The notes beneath the pieces are model-generated. The model made no database searches. It saw only the letters and a list, made by a program, of their open reading frames with translations, and was not told the origin of the DNA. From Lepidodermella squamata (taxonomy: Eukaryota > Animalia > Gastrotricha), in assembly GCA_047495785.1 (NCBI GenBank), contig JBLDXI010000020.1, positions 620,001-684,000 of the forward strand: a DNA stretch of 64,000 nucleotides, read 5' to 3'. Shown one piece after another: positions 13,109 through 27,006 of the stretch (position 1 is its first letter; each line of letters opens with the position of its first letter). Position numbers and translations under genes: made by a program.

Positions 13109-13618
13109 GCAACGTTGAATTCGTCATAAGATTATGAGAACTATCGGCAGCGCGACGTCGCTTCCTGGACACCTTGTTGACATGTGGCTACTTCAAGTTA
13201 TTGCTTGTATCCGGAATTACGAACCTACCTAATAACAGCCGTAAATTTTATCGTTTCCCGATATCAAATGATTCACGGCCGAGTCACGCAACAAAACCAG
13301 ATGCCGGTATAATCGATTTTATGACTTTATTCGCGATAAATTCAACTCGTAATTGCGAATAATAGAAAAGCGCAGTTGCAATATGGAAATAAGTGTGAGT
13401 TCAAGCGACAAAGCACTGAAATTTCTTCAAGCCAAATAAAAATCTGCAAAGCATTCTGACAGGTATTATAAGCGAAAGACAAGTTGGTCTCTTTCTTCAA
13501 TAGGTACATAATAATTAATTTGAAACCAACAACGGACCATGCAGAATAATCACAAGGAATCATAAAAAAGTGTATCAAAATCACCGAATTAAAAAAATCC
13601 TGGTTACTATCTCCGGAT

Positions 13619-15993
13619 TCAGCCTAAGTCATTGGCTCTGGTCCGTTGGCAATCTATTTTCAGAAAAATGCGAGCAGCTGTTGCCAACAGGGCTGTTGAA
13701 CCAGCAATGCCCGTGCACACGGATACCGCCGTAAAGGAGCTGACACTTGGTTTCCAAGGAGTTTCGTTAGCGGCAAGTTCCAAAGATGTAATCAACCCTA
13801 GAAGAAGACACGCGAGTCCGCCGAGGAAAAGCATAGCTTCCGGGCCTTTCAAACACCTAATCAACCAACTAGAAACTAAGAATTGCCTTTCCGAGTCATC
13901 TCCAGCCTCGGTTTCGAAGCTGCCTGCATACTTCTGACTGATACAGACGTCGCTGCTATCTATATAGCTCTCCCAGATCATCATTCTCAGTTGCTCAAAG
14001 CTGCGAAATAAACACAACATTCATCATTTCTGTTAAAACTCTCAATAGAGCGCTCACCTTGGGCAATTGAGATTTTTGTAGTAAACGAAGGTGAAAGTCG
14101 ACAAAAAAGTAGCAAGACCAATAGCGATTACGGGCAATGCAATAAGTCGCAGTTTATTAATCGCTGAATTTCGCCTCGCGTCATTCCTACCGTAGTTCAT
14201 CGCAACCATTTGCCGCGGCTGTTGTAAATATTCAGGCAGTTGTTCGTTATTATAACTAGATATGTTCAGCCAAGCTGCGATGAGAGCGTCATCCGCTTCG
14301 TCACTGCGCGGATCTCTTGCCGAAAATTCGCCATTCGGCGAGGCAATTTTAGCAATGTTATTTTCCCTGCCGTTGCCTCCTGCAACACGACGCGCGATGT
14401 TTGCAGGTTGAAACTGCTGCGAAGGCAGCACGCCATTGAACGGAATCAAAGGCGGATCTCGCATTAACGCCAAATAATTATTATATCGCCCATCGAAAGC
14501 TGATCTAAACACATAGCAATGTGAATTAATTAATCTCTAAAAAATGAGTTTACAATTGCTGCACGCGTCTCGATGGCCACTTTTTGTTCATGACAACCAC
14601 GCTTTTCATCGACGTAGGCAAGAGGTCATTGCTTGTCGTCGAGGCCGAAGTTTCAGCCGCTAAAGTTGATACGCCATGTGTCGAAAAGTTGGCCAACTCG
14701 TCTAAATACTGTGAGGTCGGCATTAGAGTGCTCGAGTGAGTTGTAGTTCCAGCTTCAAGGGTTGTATCAGCAACATTTCTTGCCGTGCTTGTTACAAATG
14801 AGCTCGTTGATTCTCTTGAAAATGAGGGCGTTGTTGCCTGTATTTTATCCGAGTTGATCGACGTACTAAAATTTGATGCGAGCGATGATGCCAGACCACT
14901 TGCGGTGGCTGACGCTAACTCCATGGTTTTGGATCCATTTCTCGCTGCATTCCGCAGAATCGCCGGAAAATACGAATCGTTAGCTGGAGGGGTGCTAATA
15001 TTTGCTGCCAACAGTCCTGCGTCAGAGTAGCTTTTCGTGAGATTGCTGAAATCTAATGTAATCCAGGTAGCATTGCCGAGGTCTAAAATGTCAGATGAAT
15101 TGCGTAATGGCTGTATTTCAGCTGCCCCTGTAGCGTTGGAAACCAACGTTGAATTCAACGTTACTGTTACGTCGGCCTCAGGGAAATTTCGAGTCACCGT
15201 AGAGGTAACTGGCTGTGCTAATGTAGTCGTGATAGCTTTGGTCTCTGAATCCCACGCTGGACCATCTTCGTAGACATCATAATCCGTAGCGGCATTGTTG
15301 AACTCGTCGACTGGTTCGTAATTGGCAGCCGGAACCATTCCGTAAGCCTCAACGTAATATTGCAGGCTTGTCTTTCGGCTTTTTGCATTTCCAAGAAACA
15401 TCTCTATCAGATTCAGCCGCTTATTGGTTGCCGCCCCTGCACCCCTTATTCGAATTGCCGCCGATCCGTTGGGAGCTTTGATCAGGTAAAGCTTCCACAT
15501 TACTGCGTTGTCTAGCCATAGCACTTTTTGTTTGATGGCACGGAGCTGTTGGACTCGGCCGGGAACTTCTAATCTGAATTTCGGGCTGTTGAACATAACG
15601 TTGTCGTACTGACCAGACCTTATGAGCAAAGCAACAAGTAAACATGGGTAGTATTCGCTGGCTATTTCCGTGGAGTTTTCAAGTGATCGAGGTTTGGAAC
15701 TATTTTGATGTTTCAAAGGTATATGAAATGAGACTCCCGCACTTGTCTTTGCGGTCGACCATTCTTGGTAAACTAGAGTCCAACGCCAAGCTGCGCTACT
15801 TTCCTATACAAAATCGTGTTAAAAATATGCGGATTTTTCATAGTTCTTTTACATTAAGAAGTCGAAGCGATTGCTCGGGATTATTGATTATATTTATAGT
15901 AACAGGCTGCCAAAGGTCGATGAAACCGGAGTCAGAATCGGCCACGGATGCAATCGAAAGAATAACAATCAAGTTAACAAGAAAATTACTCAT
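13619..15993 (-). CDS. Uncharacterised membrane protein, family member C (signal peptide, ectodomain, Ser/Thr mucin stalk, 3 TM)
   Basis: MSNFLVNLIVILSIASVA signal; S/T-rich stalk with many NxS/T sites; three TMs with a WKP loop; phase-2 intron after TM1 as in A and B. Confidence 0.72.
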
Positions 15994-16102
15994 GTCGAAG
16001 GATATAATTTGATGAAAAATTAGTCGTATCGAGCCTTTTCTTATTATTATCATCAATGTGACTGCAATTCGACATTTTTACAGCACACAATATTTATTTT
16101 GT

Positions 16103-16116
16103 GTTACCAAGGTACC
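16103..16116. promoter_or_regulatory. Possible RFX X-box
   Basis: GTTACC-AA-GGTACC, one mismatch from consensus; about 110 bp upstream of member C ATG. Confidence 0.25.
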
Positions 16117-16553
16117 AATGCAGCTTGATTGAAGTCACGCAATTGAAAATAGCGCTACGCGAGAGATACTTGCACCTGCGATTTCATTTTGTTTCATGTT
16201 ACGTATCGTAAATTGAGCTATTTCTGCGTGTCCCAAGAGTATTATACTCTCAAAAATCACAATCTTCAAACGATAACTTGAATTTATTATGCTCATTTTG
16301 GGAACACAAGTCCCTTAGCCATGCCTCAGTCTGCAGCATCAGCAAGAATGGCCAATCCTGAGCAATGATTGCACTTCCGTTTGCAAAATATATGTTGATG
16401 AATTATTTCCTTCCAAGTGAGAGCCGAACTTTTCGAACTTGGCAAAATGCGCAGATATTGAAAGTACTGACCGGAATTCAGGTTGACTTGAGTTGCTTCC
16501 TAAAAACACAGATCTTTCAATTGCAGCAAATATCAAAAAAGTAGGCAAATTCC

Positions 16554-17687
16554 CTACTTTTTATCAGCCGACGCTGATGATTTGAATGCCTTTGCTCTAT
16601 CAAAGTTATTGCGGCGATTAGAAGGCGTTATTCTTGGTGTAGAATCGGCGGGCGGTGTGGCTTTGCCTGCCGGCACATCAGATTGTGAGTGAAATGATGT
16701 TAAAACTCCGGGTATGAAAAGGCGATACCAGACCTGCATGAGCATTACTTGAATATGAAATTTAAACTATCAATATTTGAGCATACCAATGAAGAAGCTC
16801 TCGGCCCGTAAGGAGTAGTATAAAATAGCTGAAAATCCGGCAAGCCCAGATGCACCAACATGATCCGAAAGTAAGCGGTGAAAGACGACGCTAGTTTGTA
16901 CCACATTAATGCTGGATCCAGTAACCATATAGATATGCCAATAACATCTAGATGAGCGAAATATTATTTGTCTATGGTGATAGCACCAAAATTACCGGCG
17001 CCTCTCTTTCTGAAAACCAGGCACACTGTACCAGCGTCATCAGATGATAGTCGGAATATTTTCCAGTTTATGCTACCCAGTTGAGGTGTGTCGCATTCAG
17101 CAGGATTCGCTGAACGATATTACATACGTATTGGCTATAATAAATTAAGTAACCAAAGAAATTTACCCGACGAAAATGACGGCATAAGCTGTAAGCAGTT
17201 AACACAGGCATTCAGATCTGCCATACCAGCAGATGAGTCGCGGACGGTAACTTCTTCGAGCTTTCCAAGCGCATTGATTTCCATCTTTCCAACTCTCACA
17301 GATTTACCTGCAATTTTCGAGTGCAAAGCAGCTTAAAAAAACAGAACTACCTACATACCCTCTGGTACTTTCACATACCACCTTAGCATGAATCCATCAG
17401 ACATTTGGTAGAAATTTTTAACGTCACTAGGTAGAAGGACTCCATTTCTACAATAAATTCGCGCAAATAATAACAAGATTCAGTTAAAATCCAACAAACT
17501 TTTTCTCCCAGTCAAGCAAATGCGAAGGTGAACAGGCAGCCGGTTTTTCAATCTCAATGTCCGAAACATTTGGGAGTGATGCTGAAGAATTGGATCTTTA
17601 AAAATGCAACTTTATTCATCATAAGCGAAACTTACCGATCAAATTAGTAACACCGTGTAAAAGTGAAGTCAAGTAAGTATTCACCAT
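16554..17687 (-). CDS. TPGS2: Tubulin polyglutamylase complex subunit 2
   Basis: Mostly missed by the ORF track. Spliced product contains WEKKNGVLLPSDVKNFYQMSDGF, VGKMEINALGKL, GTVCLVF, IWLLDPALMWYKLASSFTAYFRIMLVHLGLP and NNFDRAKAFKS, matching TPGS2 motifs. Confidence 0.9.
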
Positions 17688-20600
17688 TTTGTTGACAATT
17701 GAAATACACACGGTTCTCCACTGCTAGCGTAGTTTGCTAACCTTGCATGCGGAAACACATGAAGGCCGTGCCGCGAAGGCCGTATCGATAGACGCTTACA
17801 GATTCTTTAATGCAACTATGGAAAATTAATAATTTGAAATGCTGAAATATTATTAAATATTAAGACATTAATAATGTGAACTGCCGATAGTAATGAAAAA
17901 ATTGCATAGAAACTAGTTCTTTTATTTTGATGTCTACAGTTGGTTAGTAAGTTAGCTCCATCGCTGGTCGATGAGGATGAGAAGCTAGACTTCGAATACG
18001 AAAGCTTCAAGTTTTAAGCTCTGTTCCATGGCTTGTGAACAATTTTTTGCGGTAAAAATTATTGTCATTATTTGTGGAATATACATTCATTTTATGGTTT
18101 CTTGGTTGCCTCTGTTTGAATCAGCTGAAATATCAAGAATACACAGCAATCTTCATTTTTCTATTCATTATTTTTTATCATCTGTTATTTTTTTTTAAGT
18201 TATTGCTTCAAGTTTTGACGCTAACCAGGGCTTTCCTCTGCCCAATGATTTTAACTAGTTTACCTAGTTATGAGGGCAGGGCTAACCAGGGCGTTTCTAC
18301 TTGGCAACTATTTGAAGCTCTTAACCTCAATCCAAGAATTTCGAAAGACACAGCTACATTGCTTGTAACAGGGTAAAGGGAAGTTCCCTTGAGATCTCCA
18401 GGGTATTATGGTTATCTGGTTTCCTATTTGCCTAACAAGGCGAATATCCGCTGATTGGATGTTTTTGGGCGCTTGTTTTTGGCAGATGTCAGCACGCTGG
18501 GCGACGACTAATACCACGATACTGAGAATAGGCCTGGAGCTTGCTTCCCTTGAAGACTGCTACCTATCAAATATTGAAATATAAGCGATAGTAGAAATTA
18601 GTTCCTTACGTTGCCTCTGTTCAATATTGTGGGATGTTTGCGGGGAAATTATTAGGAAAAATGAAGAAAAGATGTGGCGGTGGAATGCCTTTCTGCATTG
18701 CTATTTGTCATCGCCCACGTTCAATTGTTAATTTATCTACATTTTCTCTTCGCCTGCATTTTCATATTTAATGGCTATGTATTACCGTTACCTAATGTCT
18801 AGTGACGGCTGTCTAGTTCTCATGTTTCCTCCAACATTCAGCTTTACAACGGTTTTTGTCAGAAATTGAAAGGATCGTATTGGAGAAATTAACTGCCCAG
18901 GTGACACCCGAATAGCTCGTTAATATCAAGAATAATTTTTGTCATAAGCGCGAACTTTGACATGGTCAAGCTGTTTACGCTAAGATAGCCAAAATTCACT
19001 CAGATGAGATACCAATGACCAATGACACATCGATAGGACAAATCGATAAAAATATCAAGCTCCGCGTCTTCGTCTGCTAATTGCATTTTTATCAATAAGT
19101 ACTGTTCTATTGTTTGTCCTATTTTTTCAGATTTATTGGAGAGATTATCTGAAGTTGAAGAATCATTTTAGAAATGTATGCATGCAGCTTTTGCTATCTG
19201 AAAATATTCAAGATCCAAATCTTCTCCCTTATTACTAATGATTAGCTATAGCATGCTTGAGCGACATATATTTTTCGCTGCTTACCGGGCCCGACTGTGG
19301 AGACTGTTGGATGCGGATTTCTCATTCATTTTCATATCGTATGATCGAGGTAATTGCTGTCTTGGGGATATATTTTCTGCGCGTTGGTATATTAATTTGA
19401 ATAATAGGTAGACTAAGTCTTGATAGAATCAATTCCAGCTCAATTTTCCGATTTGATTTGCATAATACAGCTATTCTCTCCTATTTCGGTTCAGGTATTC
19501 AGATAAGCAGCTAGCCTTACGTGCGAGTCTGCTGAAGATTAGATATACACAATTATTAGCAGCTGTCATCAACTACTGTAAAACTACTGTAGAAAATGGC
19601 CATCGATCGAAGCAGGCGTCACGGTGGGCAGGAATGCATTGTACCATATGTCAAGCCAGTTTGTTTTTATCGCTCCGAAAATGAATGATTTAAAAGTAAA
19701 TATGTTACGTGTTCTTCTGCTAAATGATTTGAAACGGGGTAAGAGATTTGGGGGCTCAAATATGTGCAGAGAAATGGCGATAATGCTGCTGCTTGCGTGG
19801 GAGTGTTACCAGCTCCAGTCGTGAATTTTCATTGCAAAAACTTTAGTAACAATGAGTACTGACGATGTTATATGTTTTTATAAATTTTCGCGCTCACTTG
19901 CCCGATAATGCAAATTATTATGTTTCTGACCTGATCTATAAAAACAGATAGATTTTGAAATTGTATTAGTACATAAGGATGTCTATCCCGGCGTCTGCGC
20001 AAGCCAAGCTCTTGTGGCGCATTAGTTCTTCTATTCTATCGTATTATGGTCACCGCAGGGAAAAGAGCTAGCTTTGCCTTGCCGAGACAGTGCCTTTTTC
20101 TCTTATTGATTTATTTAGCATACTTACATTTTAATATAAAAATAATAATGCTATCGATAATATTGTAATGTAGATAGTTCACTGGAACAGTTGTATATAT
20201 GAATACGCTGAGAAGTGCGCTGAAGAAAGTTTGCGATCTAGAGATTCTTCATAAATTTATATTTACCAAATTGGAGTCATTTTCCTTTTTTTATTTTATT
20301 TCATAGGGCCTTGTCAAAAATGATGATATGAAGTTGATTATGCAATGACAGACATGCCATTTTCGTCAAATTAAGAACGCCCCATTTTGCTAGGAAACGT
20401 AATTTTCTGCGTCGCATCTATTCACCTGGCGGACTCGTTGAAAAAACTTTTCTATTTAGACCCGTTTATTGACATGTTGCGGCCTTCTTCGCACGCGGTT
20501 TATATATTATTCAATCAAGCTGTATTGATAGGCTTTTGCTTCAGCCGGGAATGGTTTTACGCCTCAGGGCTCCTCGTGTCATAATGTACTTAACCCACAG

Positions 20601-21364
20601 CTGAGGTCGTTAAAAGTCTTCCGGGTCCCAGTGTCTTTCAAAAATGCCTGTCGATAGTTACCTACCACCTCTTGATAGCACCGGCAGAACCTAGAGGAGG
20701 ATATAATGTTTTTTTACGTTCGGACTTCATTCGTGCCGGTAGCTATAATCACTGCGCTGATGATGTAAGCAACCTCAATGTTGCCTGTATTCTATTGCCC
20801 AATGTATTTACCACATTGATCGCGTTTCCCTTTCCATTAAACAACTTTCAGCGTATACTATTTTCTGGGTTTGGGCTCAAGAGCGATGCTCGCTCACATC
20901 AACGTACGATATGTCTACTTATACGTTGCGTGATGCTTGTTTTCGTCGGAATGTAGTGGCTATAATAAAGGTGATGTTATACTAGTATAATGGAGCGCCG
21001 CGCGTGCGTGTGAGTGGTTTTGTTACCGCCTCTTCCGACTTTCATTCAGATGGAACTTGGATCTGAAAATACGCTAAGCTGATCTTGTTTCAAAAAATAT
21101 GTGTATTATTTGGTCAAGTTATGCTCGCACCAGCTGAATAGCTGAACTCATACATGTTTAATAGCATTTCATGAGGCCAAATCGCTTGACGCGCTTTTAT
21201 CGACGATTTCTATTATAATGATGTTTCATTTTTGCCCAGCTATAGACTCTGCATTATTTACAATATCTACACACACACAATAGTGAAAAGTTCGAATAAA
21301 TTGTGCCAGGTTTCGCGCTGCAGTCCTCGTGTTTCGATGCTTTGACGACTATAGCTTTTGCGTC

Positions 21365-24300
21365 ATGAAAAAGTCGAAACAGACCTCCGACGGTGGAGGC
21401 CGTTCTTCGAAAGCATCTAGCAACAACACTGCTGCCTCCTCGTCCACAGCTCAAAATAACTCACCAACTCGACCTCGTTCCGGCAACAAAGCCACCCAAC
21501 TTATAACGGCTGCTGTTTGTTGCGGAAGTTCGCTGCATAGGAAAAGTGAGGAAAGAATTTACCTCCAGAACCCTCTAAGAAAAATTTAAACTATTCACAG
21601 GTATAGACGACCCCCGTGAAGTAAAATTAAACCAACCTCTTGTTGCTGAGACAAAGCTTCCTGTCCAAGAAAAATGTCCTCCACTTGTTTCTGAAGAAGA
21701 AACAGGCAACCTTACTGTTACTACTACTGCCACTGCCTCCGTAAGTTATTCCTCTGAATGCCGAGTATTTTGTTCATCCGACGACTTTCGATTTTTTTAG
21801 GGAAGTAATATTCCTTCAAATTCGGCTCCTGTTAATGATAATTGTGGAAACGCTCCTGATCCTACCTTAGATCGTCTTGTCAAATTCGGTCCAATCAAAT
21901 TCGTCCAGCCTGTCTTATCGGTAAGTCAGCGATCAAAAAGATAAAAAGCGGCTCTTTTCTTGAGCGGAGAAAATCGCGTTTTAATAAATTAACCGCGCAA
22001 AATAACGACCGATTGATTAGTTAAATATCTTAGAGGGCAACGGCAATACTCGTTATTAGCTGCGTGAAACGAGTTTTATTATTTTATTACGCCTCTTTGT
22101 AAGTTGATTTAGATTGTACTATGTTATTACGCCTCGACTGATGTAGCGACGTTATGTTTTCATTTCGATCTTGTATTTGCTCGTTCATGCGCTGAAAAAG
22201 CGGCCAATGTACCCGGAACATCGTCTATATAAGTGTGATTATTCGCTAGGCGATAAACAGTTCTCAATCTCGATTTTTTCTCGGTAGAACGTCTCGCATA
22301 AAGCTATTTTTACTCGCATGTTTGCTCCAGGATTAGCTACTTGAAGTTCGTCTGAATTCGCGACCACTTGGTAGCTTTTTAAATAATTAAGAATGCAATC
22401 TCCTCGTCTTTCTGATCGACAAAAACACGATTTGCGGCTGCTAACGTATAAAGTAAATGTTGATATTATATAAATGTTATAAAAATTTTCCTTTCAAGTT
22501 TCGCGTGCTATTGCAAACCTGTTCAGATTGGAATTGCGCATTTTTTGAAATTGATTGATTGATGGCTCATTTATTTTGCGCTTAGGGGTTATTTTTTTGC
22601 GCAAGCGATAACGGCGCATTTTTCTATAATAATAATAATAATAATAATAATAATTTGATCTCAAGGTCGCATGGTAATTACAGTATATATCACGTTAGTA
22701 GAAAGATTGAAGTCGCCGTGTGACGGGATGAGAGCAGATGAAAAAGGCCGCTCGTTGTCAGTCGCACGGATGTTGCGCAAATATCGATCTGTCGGTCGCT
22801 GAATCTTCTCGCAGTCTTGTGCGCTCACACATGCGTAAATGTCATAATAGTAATGCCAACTCTTCCGCTCACTTGTATACGCGCCGTGGGCTTAGCTGAG
22901 GTGGCTAGTACTGAGCTTAGAATTTTCTGAAATAATCATGCCGTATACGCACTTGATCATTACCCGCTGCTAATGTGCGCTGTATTGACTTGATTTATCT
23001 CACAGTTTTTTTTCATTTACCAGTCGACGAAAAGCTTCCTATCGCTCTCAATTTCGCCTCTCTTTCATTATCGTTTCCTCTGAGGAACAATATTGAGAGT
23101 TGATCTGCATTATAATTTTGCGTGTTGCTATTGCGTGCGAAAACTGCGACCGGATAATCATGCAAGGGAGGCGACAATGATACTGTAACAACGGCGGAAT
23201 TTGTAGACATTTCCATAACTTCCCGGTTACTACGAATAGTTGCCATGTGCTATTTTCGACTATAAATGTACCAGGTTCATTTCACGATCGAATAATTTTT
23301 TTATATTGCTTATTTCTGCCTCCTGCTTTTCGGCTCTAATCATCTTGTACTTGTTCAATCACGCAGGTGCTGCTTATATTTCCTCAAGGCGACAATCAAG
23401 GTTCCGTGTTACGTGAAGCATGTCGGCGCCTCGGCTGTACAATCAACCTGGCGGGCGATCTCGACACTGCTATGGACGCGTATCTTGCTCATCGCCACAA
23501 CGTCGTCATAGTCGACACTCGCAAAACCAGTAAAGCATTCGACCATTTTGCCGTGTGTCGTGCCATCCGAAGCGCCAATTTCGGCCACGAAGCCGTAGTT
23601 GTTGCGCTCATCAGCAAATCTGCTGAAACCACTCCTGTCCTCAATTTTCTACGTAATGGCTATAGCAGGGTAAGATAACTGCTCATGAATAAATTTTCAT
23701 TTTTTTCTATTTTTTTTTATTTTATTACAGCATTTTGTAGAGAATCAGAATGTTATGGCTTGCTATAACGAACTGTTATCGCTAGAGCACAGTGATGTGA
23801 GGCAGCAGTTGCGCCTCCGCTCGGCTGTGCCTCTATTCACTGCGCTCGAGTTGTGCAACGATGCCGTCGAGGTTTCGGATGCCGACTGGAACGTTCTTTA
23901 CATAAACTCGGCCCACGAGCGGCTATTCGGATACTCAGCTGAGGACATAGTCGACAAGAAGGCGAAAGACTTTGTCTTCAATTGCCCTCGCAATCCGCCC
24001 GAACTTCAGAAAAATATCGAGACCATTCTGAAGCGCGGGCGGCTGTGGGAGGGCCACCAGTATGTGCAGACCAAGTCGGGCGACGTCCTTCGATCTCAGT
24101 GCCACTGCATGGGAATCTCGTGTTCTGGAAAGTGAGTTTTACACCGGCCAACTATCCGCCAACACTACGACTTTTATTTCAGGGAGGTGCAATACGTCGT
24201 AACCGTGCGACATGCCGAAGAAGTGTCTACTCCCGTGCAGTCGTCGGGTCAGCAACCTGGTATGCTTCATAAACTTAAAAGCGGCAGCATCCCGGCACAT

Positions 24301-26644
24301 TCCGACGCTTCTGGCCCATCTAGAACACGTAGGTGCTTGCGCTTCATGCCTATGTGTTTTTTCCTCTTGTTGTCATGTTTTTTTATTTTATCTCCTCAAC
24401 CTTTTACTATCGATTTTATGTTCACATCCCGCTGCATGTGCGCTTATAAGCTTTGCACTGCTGCTGGAGGTGCCGTTTTTTTTAATATTATGTTAATGAA
24501 AAATCGAACCTGCAAAGTTAACATCCGATCTTTGACCTGTTTACATCCTCACTATCTTTCTTGGCACTAACAGCGTCGGTCTTCAGCGCTCCGGTTCACG
24601 CAGGTGGCGGACGCCGACCGACAATTGCGATTCCGAAGGGCCGTCCTGCGATAACGCCAGCAACCGAAGTCATGAACATGCTGCGAACCGTCAGCGACAT
24701 GTCCACGCCCGAGGTACAGACCATTCTAGAGAAGGCCATCGAAACCCTCGGGTCCACGGAGCTGTTCAAGCCGCTAGTCGCCTCGGAAGACGAAACCACG
24801 CGGGAGCTGTTGGAAGGTCTCGGTCTTGTGGTGAGTTTCCACCCGAAAAGCAGTTTGTTCAACTCTGCGTGTCTGATTTAATTGCAGCCTCGCGATCGCG
24901 GAGCGGCGGAGGGCGTCGAGAAGGGCCATGGTAAGTTCTACTTCAACCCAGCGTGCAGAAATAATCGCATGAATGTGTTGTATGTGGTTCTCGTTTTATT
25001 TTTCGCTTCGCCCGACTTTACGGTCGACTGGCTATTATTTTCTTTAGAAAATTTGCATTATTCTATCGAGCGATCGATAGATACTGTCTGTTGCTATGAG
25101 ATATCTCAGTAGCGGAGTTAATGCGAATATGTAGCTACGTGCGAGCTATAGATGATGTTTAGAAATCAATTCTATCTTAATTTTTTGCCTAAATGTTGCT
25201 GTTTTGCTCATCGCTCTAAAGGTCGGAAAGGCAGCGTAGCGTTGGCGACACCGCTCGAGCGCGACGAAGTGGTGGTTGACATGCGGTCGCCGGAAACGGC
25301 CGCCCTCGTCGACGACGTGCTAACGTGGACGTTCGACGTATTCGCGCTCGAGAAAAGCACAGCCCGGCCGCTGCTCTACGTCGGTTTGTCGACGTTCAAC
25401 GACTTCAACGCGTGCGACCTGCTGAGCACGGACGAGCGAACGCTCACCAAGTTCCTGGTCACGCTCGAGAGCAAGTACCGGCCGAACCCGTACCACAACA
25501 GCACGCACGCGGCCGATGTGGTGCAGGCGATGGCGTTTTTCCTGAACCGCTGCCGGCCGAAAGAGCTCTTCGACAACATGCAGTGCGTTGCCGGATTGAT
25601 CGCAGCTGCTGCGCATGATCTTGACCACGTCGGCCGGACGAATGCCTTCCTAATCAACGCCGCTCACCAGCTGGCGATTCTCTACAACGATCATGCCGTT
25701 CTCGAAAATCATCACGCTTCTCTCCTTTTTCAACTCGCTTCCCTCGACGAAAAAATCAATATTTTCGCGAATTTGCAAAAGTAGGTTGAAATCAGTTTTA
25801 GATTAATTTTCATGACTTGAACTTTTTTGCAGCGCCACATTCAAGTCGCTGCGTCAGATGATAATCGATATGATTCTCGCGACTGAAATGTCGAAACACT
25901 TCGAACACGTCAACCGTTTTGTATCGGCTGTCGGGCAACGGCAGTCGTCTAGTCGCGACCAGCCGCCGGCGGAGACCCGCGTCGGCATGCAGGCGCCCAC
26001 AGAGCTGTACCGAACGCCCGAAAATCGTTCCATCATCTTGCGGATGATGATCAAATGCGCTGACGTGAGCAACCCAACGCGACAACGATCGGTGTGCATC
26101 GAGTGGGCGCGGCGCATTTCTGAAGAGTACTTCCAGCAGACCGACGAGGAGAAGGACCGAGGGCTTCCTGTCGTAATGCCAGTTTTCGACCGGAAAACGT
26201 GCCGCTTGCCAAGTTCGCAAACTTCTTTCATAGATTTTTTCCTGGTCGAGATGTTCGACGCTTTTCATGGTATGGCTTTATTTACCCCAAAAATTGTTTA
26301 TAATTCGTGATTGCTTAGAATTTCTCGACATTCCTGAGCTTATTACTAATCTGGAGGAGAACTACGAATACTGGAAAGCCGAAGATCGAAAGTGCTCGAT
26401 GCCGGGCCGGGCGGCGTCGGTGGCGCACCCAGGCGACGTTTCGCATCAGCAGTTACCCGTGATATCCTCATCGAGCTCGGGCGGTGCCTTAACGTTGACT
26501 TCGATCAGCGTGTCGGAGGGCGTGGAACCTGCGTGCAACGCGGGCGGCACTGCTAGCACTGTGGATCAAGTCACTTCGGTGCCTCCCCCGAACAATACAC
26601 GGCGGCCGTCTTTACCGGACACGGCCAATATCAAGTCGGTATGA
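21365..26644 (+). CDS. PDE8: cAMP phosphodiesterase 8 (REC + PAS + PDEase)
   Basis: VKFGPIKF..VLLIF REC start; PAS (YINSAHERLFGYS); catalytic YHNSTHAADV, HDLDHVGRTN, LENHH, ILATEM, KCADVSNP, EEYFQQTDEEK; a ~1.4-kb intron at 21921-23366. Confidence 0.93.
22626..22654. repeat. (AAT)n microsatellite in PDE8 intron
   Basis: About 9-10 perfect AAT units. Confidence 0.95.
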
Positions 26645-26961
26645 TCGAGGGCCCCGAACGAGTTATTCTTTTTCATGAAATCGGCTTATATAAATATATA
26701 TTTTTATTTATGACATTAATAAAACTCTGTTATTAATGAAAGTAACGCTTCTTTACGCCGCGTTATTCTTTAATTTTTCAAGTCTCAGATATGAAATATA
26801 TTATATATGGTATAAAATTATATTCATGTACAAAAACTGTCGGGAAAGAATTTGAACAAATGAATGAAAGAAGATTCCTCGTATTGTTCGTTTGTATTTC
26901 TATTTACGCTCTAAGACTCCGAATATCATCACTATTATCACTATTATCGACGCTACGGATG

Positions 26962-27006
26962 TTATTATTATTATTAATATTATTAATATTATTATTATTA
27001 TTATTA
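26962..27006. repeat. Imperfect (TTA)n microsatellite
   Basis: ttattattattattaatattattaatattattattattattatta. Confidence 0.9.

Noticed and set aside
17816-21300. Short ORFs between TPGS2 and PDE8
   Set aside because: AT-rich with no coherent exon chain or motif; likely regulatory or UTR sequence.
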